The notes beneath the pieces are model-generated. The model saw nothing but the letters and a program-made list of their open reading frames with translations. It searched no databases and was not told where the DNA came from. Position numbers and translations under genes: made by a program. A DNA stretch of 37,506 nucleotides from Catajapyx aquilonaris. Its lineage: Eukaryota. Every line of letters starts with the position of its first letter. Within the stretch, counting starts at the first letter, position 1. Shown here piece after piece: positions 31,941-37,506 of the stretch. The stretch spans positions 62,001 through 99,506 of the forward strand of contig JYFJ02000948.1 in NCBI GenBank assembly GCA_000934665.2, written 5' to 3'.

Positions 31941-32444
31941 TAAGAAAACAGATATGAAGGCGAGGGGGTGGGGACGGAAAGAAGAAGACAACATTATCGT
32001 ATCTATACTGTAATAGTAATACTATCAATATTAGTGGTTATTTTACTAAGCATATCTACGAGTTAGATGCTACAGGTGCCACTTACCTTAAGAGGAGATG
32101 AATAATATTAGGGCGGAGCATGCGGCTGAATCTGTAATATACCCAGAATATGACAGTAGTGCCACTTATTTGAAAGGATTATATTAATTATTATCAGAGG
32201 AGGAAATGAGGCGATGACACAATTATCTTACGTACGTTTCTGTACAGCCATTTGCCATTGCAACCAAGTGATGAAATTAACACTTGTCATCATCACATTT
32301 TTATCATACCCAGTTGCACAAGGGCATTATATCCTTATTACAGCCTTACACCTAGATGCCTGTCAGGAACCGGACTACATCAGATTACTACGCCCGATAT
32401 AGAATGAGCAGCCTCCCCCCCTCCCAAGGTTTAGGCCATGAAAG

Positions 32445-32475
32445 GAGAGAGGGAGTGAGAGAGAGAGAGAGAGAG
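32445..32475. repeat. GA-rich microsatellite
   Basis: Imperfect (GA)n run; a longer GGGA/GA-rich counterpart lies at ~36607-36667 in duplicate copy 2. Confidence 0.8.
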
Positions 32476-32649
32476 AATAATATTGACGAGTGTATTCCCC
32501 CATAAATGAGTAAATAATGAGACTGGATTTTCATGCTTTTTATTGTCATTGTCATATTACACGTGATCATCTGGTCATGGTCGCACGAGAAGTAGTGTCA
32601 TAATGTAATTTATTAAGAAGGGTTACTTTGTTACCTAAATTAGTATTAA

Positions 32650-32952
32650 CTAGCAGGTTACCCGGCGTTGCCCGGGTATGTTATGGTGGTAGGCCTGCAA
32701 TGTAATGAGGGCATTACCATGGAAATCTATGAATATTGTTAAATAGGTAATTGATAATTGGTTAATTGGGATATGCGTGTTATGGGTGTTAGGTTCATTT
32801 TCGGAAGCTGAAACATGCGGCATTAAATTCCTTGAAAAATGTAACTCCCGATATGCTAATTTAAGGCGGTGTAGGGGCCTTCCCCCGGATTTCTATAAGG
32901 GACAAACATCCAAACTGACAAACTTCCTTATTTATAGAGATAGAGATAGAGA
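32650..32952 (-). mobile_element. Non-autonomous Helitron, ~303 bp
   Basis: On the minus strand it begins A|TC (TCTCTATCTCTATC...) and ends CTAG|T. A GC-rich hairpin (acccgg...ccgggt, 32660-32677) lies just inside the 3' end. No TSD. Absent from the paralogous site near 36833-36852. Confidence 0.85.
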
Positions 32953-33536
32953 TGACCATAATCGGCTGGAGGGACGTACTAATGTACAAAATCGACGTGG
33001 TAGGAAACATTATTTTATAATTATAATGGCACTATATAATCCAAGCATACTATACGTCTATGTAAAACATTGTGCAAGCTATTTGAGTAGTAATAAACAT
33101 GAGATAAACTAATATAATTATGATAGTGCATAACTACAGTATATAGCACACACTCTTCTACTGCATCTGTTTTCCATTAATTAAGGGAGGGAGGGAGGCA
33201 GGGCGGGGGAAAGATTCAAGTAGAATATGGAATAAATAGGATGCATACTTTTCTTGGTAACATGATATTTTCATAAGTGTAGATGTACCTTGGGTACTGC
33301 CTTGAGGGGACGACAAAGGGGTGTTTTAATGATGCACACATCTGATACAATTCAGTGCAGTAAATGTGCCCCACCGCAATTGTGGTACATTTTCGACCTG
33401 GGGCTCCTGTAGGTGCCTATTGTTTGGACTGAATGCAACATAGACGTCCGAAATCATTATGAAATGACACCATATTTTATATTACACAACTATGTTAAGT
33501 AGTTTATTTATTTATTTGTTGCTTAGGTAGACTTTC

Positions 33537-35498
33537 TTAGATATTATGTGGGAGAACATGGGCAGGGGCTTGGTTTCGTTTGAAGCAGAATCTTCCAAAA
33601 CAAGACAGAGAACCTTCAGATACGAATGCAACCAAACCCAGAATTAATCCAACCCCCAGCAAATAGAATGGTCCAGTCAGCTGTTTCATTCCGAATTTTT
33701 CAGTTTCCACTCCCATAATTTCGCCCGTCAATTTAGCTTTACTTTGCACCTCTTTCAGCCCCTTGAAAAATTGCCCATAATTGGAGGAGTCTATCCAAGC
33801 TTCTCTAAATCCAAAAGCAAGAGCGTTCAATATGACGAAATTGAAATGGTCAAGGTAGAGTGCTCGCAGTGGGACAGCCACTGGGAAAAAATACTCCTGG
33901 GCAGACGCATCTGTGTATTGCAAGAGGGAAATCCCATTAACATCGACATGTTGATGGGTTTCTTCGAAGAGTAAAGTCGAGACACTACCGCAGGCTGCCT
34001 TTTCCTTCGTGCACATTTCTACGCATTCCTTTAGGGTCCACACTGTCTGTGACTCCTCAAAAGCCAGATGAAATGGGGTCGTCTTATCGATGGTCCTTTC
34101 CATCATGCTTTGAAAAACTAGCTTATGAGGAGTAGGGAAATAGAGAGTGAATTCTGAACCATATAGTTCACTATAGTCATTCGGATAGAAGTCTTTCTCA
34201 GGATTGGTCATGAATTCGAATAGTTTGCCTTGGTAGCAGGTGTTGATTACCAGAGTCGCGTAGAGAAAAAATATCAGAAAAATTCTGATGGTGTACCCGT
34301 CATCATCTATAGAATTGAACTGCCCTATGAATGCCCCAGAGGAATATGCAAAGTACTTGCCCATCGATGGTAACTTGCCAAAGCCAGAAAGTTTTGATTT
34401 GGCAAAAACAATACTCCAAAGGACCACACATGACAGGATTATACCAGCAAAAATTAGTACCCAAGAAAATAGTGTGAATGGTTGCACTATCACACGCCAG
34501 GTGTGGACGTTCCCTGGCAATGTCGTGACATATGTGAGAGAATCAGTCATTACACCCCTGGTAAGCTCGACAACCTCCATCACTTCAGGATTTGGAACGA
34601 CCGCGAATCCAAATTCAACTTTGCCGGCCATTACTTCAGCAATCTTACCCACCCACGTACCGTTGGGAAGAGGTGAATCACTCGCACTTTCCACAGTCAG
34701 TTCGAAGGTTGTTATAATCCATGGGGTTTTGAAGCCTTTTCCAAGGTACAGCACCGCATTTTCAAGTGCGCTCAAGTATTCCCTGTTGTCCCTTTTCCTG
34801 ACTGTCTCCTCCATTTCTATTGGATATATGAACGATCCCCTCATCACTTTCCCATTGAAGTCTCGCGTGTAGTCAGGAAACACTTCTTCCACGGCAGGCA
34901 GACGATCACCTGCGGAGAATGGACCGAGATACGTCGACTCCGGTTCCCCGTGATTGCAGTAGAAGCAAACCGAGTTCAACTCTGCGCTTCCGTTTCCTGA
35001 TGTTGTCACAATTACCTTGTACTTGAAGTCCGAGGCCGGCTTATTCATGAAGAGGCTCTCAATCTCACGGTATTTTGATGCCTCTTTGATCCAGATGACG
35101 AAATGGTCCAGTCGTGTTCGGAGATTCGCTAGTTGGTCCAGTCGATTCAATAGGTCTCTGAATGTGTCCCTGGACGATGCAACCAGATGGACGGTCTTGT
35201 CTGTGAATGGGAATCTCCTTGGAAAGGCTTGGACCGATCCCCCTCTCCTGATGACCATGGTCAGGTCATATCTGTCGTGGCGAGAGTTGATCATGTCTAT
35301 TAGCTGATCGGGTAAGCGGTCATAGTCGTGTGATATCACCAGAGGCGGCTGGGAACGTGGCATCACGTGCAAAACCTCGATTAGAAACTCCCGCACTGTG
35401 TCCAAGTCTTTGTCTTTTTCCAAAAGAGGCTTGATGGGAAAGGCTTCCGGATTCAATGACAAAAAAAGCGCCACAATCACAACAATGTGAGTGTCCAT
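33537..35498 (-). CDS. Divergent ionotropic receptor IR-9
   Basis: ATG at 35498 (MDTHIVVIVALFLSLNPEA, signal-peptide-like); track start 35531 is GTG. VCFYC, NGTWVGKIAEVMAG, GAFIGQ pore, TCYQGKLFEFM (M3) and M4. Confidence 0.9.
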   Translation of the reverse strand: MDTHIVVIVALFLSLNPEAFPIKPLLEKDKDLDTVREFLIEVLHVMPRSQPPLVISHDYDRLPDQLIDMINSRHDRYDLTMVIRRGGSVQAFPRRFPFTDKTVHLVASSRDTFRDLLNRLDQLANLRTRLDHFVIWIKEASKYREIESLFMNKPASDFKYKVIVTTSGNGSAELNSVCFYCNHGEPESTYLGPFSAGDRLPAVEEVFPDYTRDFNGKVMRGSFIYPIEMEETVRKRDNREYLSALENAVLYLGKGFKTPWIITTFELTVESASDSPLPNGTWVGKIAEVMAGKVEFGFAVVPNPEVMEVVELTRGVMTDSLTYVTTLPGNVHTWRVIVQPFTLFSWVLIFAGIILSCVVLWSIVFAKSKLSGFGKLPSMGKYFAYSSGAFIGQFNSIDDDGYTIRIFLIFFLYATLVINTCYQGKLFEFMTNPEKDFYPNDYSELYGSEFTLYFPTPHKLVFQSMMERTIDKTTPFHLAFEESQTVWTLKECVEMCTKEKAACGSVSTLLFEETHQHVDVNGISLLQYTDASAQEYFFPVAVPLRALYLDHFNFVILNALAFGFREAWIDSSNYGQFFKGLKEVQSKAKLTGEIMGVETEKFGMKQLTGPFYLLGVGLILGLVAFVSEGSLSCFGRFCFKRNQAPAHVLPHNI

Positions 35499-35862
35499 CT
35501 TCAATCTGAGCTCAAATTTAAGGTGCCACACTAATTGATGGGTATCTCGAGACCTCCTTAATGCACTAAAGGTCTACGTGAGTATAATATGATGGGACTC
35601 AGGTTTTTGACGACTCAATAGCATGAGTGGTGATCTAGGTATGACTTCCCAGGACGTGCATATGTCGCATGACTGCATAGCGTGATAAATAGGTTACTGC
35701 ACTTGTCGTGTCTTTGATGTATATGCATACTCTTGCGAGCAGATGCACATTATGACAAGCACTTTCAGAATACCTGGCAATATACATTAAATTAACGTGA
35801 AATGCATTCAGTATTTGCAAAAGATATCATCTAATATGATGATCGTTTGGATGGGGCCTGCC

Positions 35863-36012
35863 CAGTGACGTATTTAGGTTTTGCCGCCCATACGCATAGA
35901 CTCATATGTCCCCCCCCCNCCCCCACACACACTCCCCCCACTCCTGGCTGATTTTTAGGTGCTGGGGAAATTCCGAAATTTGCTGAATTCAAGGCCTAAT
36001 ATCTCGAAAATT
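35863..36012. mobile_element. Possible decayed DNA-transposon terminus at the left junction of duplication B copy 2
   Basis: cagtgacgtatttagg...gccgccc followed by a poly-C tract resembles CAGTGGCGTA-type termini. No matching second end or TSD was seen. Confidence 0.25.
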
Positions 36013-36016
36013 GTTA

Positions 36017-36104
36017 TTTTGGCGGTGACATTACACAGTATTATTACACACAATAACAAAAAGCTGGAAATATGATACGAAATATGGGCCAAATATGTCT
36101 GCAT

Positions 36105-36137
<33 letters not shown>

Positions 36138-37397
36138 TGGATCAAGTAATTTGTACTAGCCATGTGGTATTATAATTATATATTTTGGACAGCATCTGAT
36201 TTTTATTAAGAAAAGAGATATGAAGACGAGGGGGTGGGGATGGAAAGAAGAAGAAAACATTACCGTATAACTTATATACTGTAATATTAATACCATCAAT
36301 ATTCGTGGTTATTTTACTAAGCCTATATACGGGTTAGATGCTAAAGACCTTAAGAGGAGATGAATTAGGGCGGACTATGCGGGTGAATATGTAATAGACA
36401 CAGAATAATGCAGTAGTGCCACTGATTTGAAAGGAACATCCGAGGAGGAAATAAGGCGATGACACATCTTACGTACGTTTCTGTACAGCTATTTGCCATT
36501 GTAACCAACTGATGAAATTAACGTCTTGTCATCATCACATTATTATCATAGCACGCCGGATATAGAATGAGCAGCCCCCCGCCCCCTCCCAAGGTTTAGG
36601 CCATGAAAGGAGGGAGGGAGGGCGGGAGAGAGGGAGAGGGAGACAGACAGAGAGAGAGAGAGAGAGAATAATTGACGAGTGTATTCCCCCATAAATGTGT
36701 AAATAATGAGACTGGATTTTCATGCTATTTATTGTCATTGTCATATTACACGTGATCATCTGGTCATGTCGAGCGAGAAGTAGTGTCATAATGTAATTTA
36801 TTAAGACGCGATACTTTGAGTGTTACATAAATTAGTACTTATGAGTTATGACCATAATCAGCTGGAGGCACGTGTACATGTACAAAATTGACGTGGAAGG
36901 CAACATTATTTTTTATATAATGACACTATACATAATCGAAACATACAGTAGGCCTACGTCTATGTAAAACATTGTGCAAGCTATTTGTGTAGTAATAAGC
37001 ATGAGATCAACTACAGTACGTAATATAATTATGATTGTGCATAACTATACAGTATATAGCGTACACTATTCTCCTAAATCTGTTTTCCGGCGGGGGAGAG
37101 ATTCAAGTAGAATATGGAGTAAATAGGATGCATACTTTTCTTTGTAACAGAATATTTTCATAAGTGTGTAGATGTACCTTGGGTACGGCCTTGAGGGGAC
37201 GACAAAGGGGTGTTTTAATCATGCACACATCTGATACAATTCAGTGCAGTAAATGTGCCCCACCGCAATTGGTGTACAATTTCGACCTGGGGCTCCTGTA
37301 GGTGCCTATTGTTTGGACTGAATGCAACATAGACGTCCGAAATCATTATGAAATGACACTATCTTTTATATTACACAACTATATGTTAAATAGTTTA
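36017..37397. repeat. Segmental duplication B, copy 2
   Basis: Matches 31565-33506. Similarity ends abruptly after tagttta at 37397. Confidence 0.9.
36105..36136. repeat. (AAC)10 microsatellite
   Basis: Perfect trinucleotide run at the position occupied by (TTA)23 in copy 1. Confidence 0.95.
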
Positions 37398-37506
37398 AGG
37401 TGAAGTGGGGGAAGTGCACACCCGGGGTAAGTGCACATATTGTGCCGCCATATTGGAATAAAAATGGCTGACGACACCAAAACGCGTCCGCTATGTAGCT
37501 GCACTG
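37398..37506. mobile_element. Probable left end of a DNA transposon inserted after TA, running off the window
   Basis: Abrupt break in duplication-B homology after TA. Begins AGGTGAAGTGGGGGAAGTGCACA with a subterminal direct repeat gggg(g/t)aagtgcaca at 37407-37420 and 37424-37437, a layout seen in TIR-element ends. The other end is not visible. Confidence 0.5.

Larger units (their letters stand above)
31565..33506. repeat. Segmental duplication B, copy 1 (3' flank of IR-9)
   Basis: Collinear and highly similar to ~36017-37397 once the MITE, the Helitron and an ~80-bp extra segment are removed. Confidence 0.9.

Noticed and set aside
32309..32389. ~80-bp segment present only in duplication B copy 1
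   Set aside because: No TIRs or TSD; cannot distinguish insertion from deletion in the other copy.
32388..32570. Similar minus-strand ORFs at 32388-32570 and 36535-36789
   Set aside because: They lie in duplication B and run through GA microsatellites with differing ends.
34288..34872. 194-aa plus-strand ORF antisense to IR-9, and many shorter antisense or nested ORFs over IR genes
   Set aside because: Shadow frames of the IR coding strand. The equivalent antisense frame is broken at different places in the paralogues and shows no recognisable motifs.
35910..35925. Poly-C run containing an N
   Set aside because: Base-calling ambiguity in a homopolymer; no biological inference possible.
1..37506. 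Prokaryotic interpretation (operon, CRISPR array, rRNA/tRNA genes)
   Set aside because: Large AT-rich spacers, microsatellites, GT-AG introns, a Helitron/MITEs and animal-type receptors indicate a eukaryote. No regularly spaced repeat-spacer array or RNA gene was recognised.

Overview
Eukaryotic, most likely arthropod, genomic DNA. The window is dominated by a head-to-tail array of nine apparently intronless ~640-670 aa minus-strand genes. They encode divergent ionotropic receptors (IRs, variant iGluR-family chemoreceptors), labelled IR-1 to IR-9 left to right, plus a 5'-only fragment of an IR-5-like copy. All nine lack the S1 arginine that binds the ligand carboxylate, most have an acidic pore-loop residue, and most end in a (Y/F)(L/I)P motif. 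The array preserves its evolutionary record: two recent segmental duplications (~17.4-21.8 vs ~22.0-26.7 kb; ~31.6-33.5 vs ~36.0-37.4 kb), mosaic gene-conversion-like tracts, TATA and poly(A) signal turnover, and a nonsense change in IR-7. Small mobile elements include a ~1 kb foldback palindrome, a Harbinger/Tourist-like MITE, a non-autonomous Helitron and a transposon end at the right edge. The first ~1.9 kb holds probable exons of a spliced plus-strand gene with a half-LIM zinc-finger motif. All comparisons were made by eye; no searches or alignments were run. Several ORF-track starts were GTG and were reset to the first plausible ATG.
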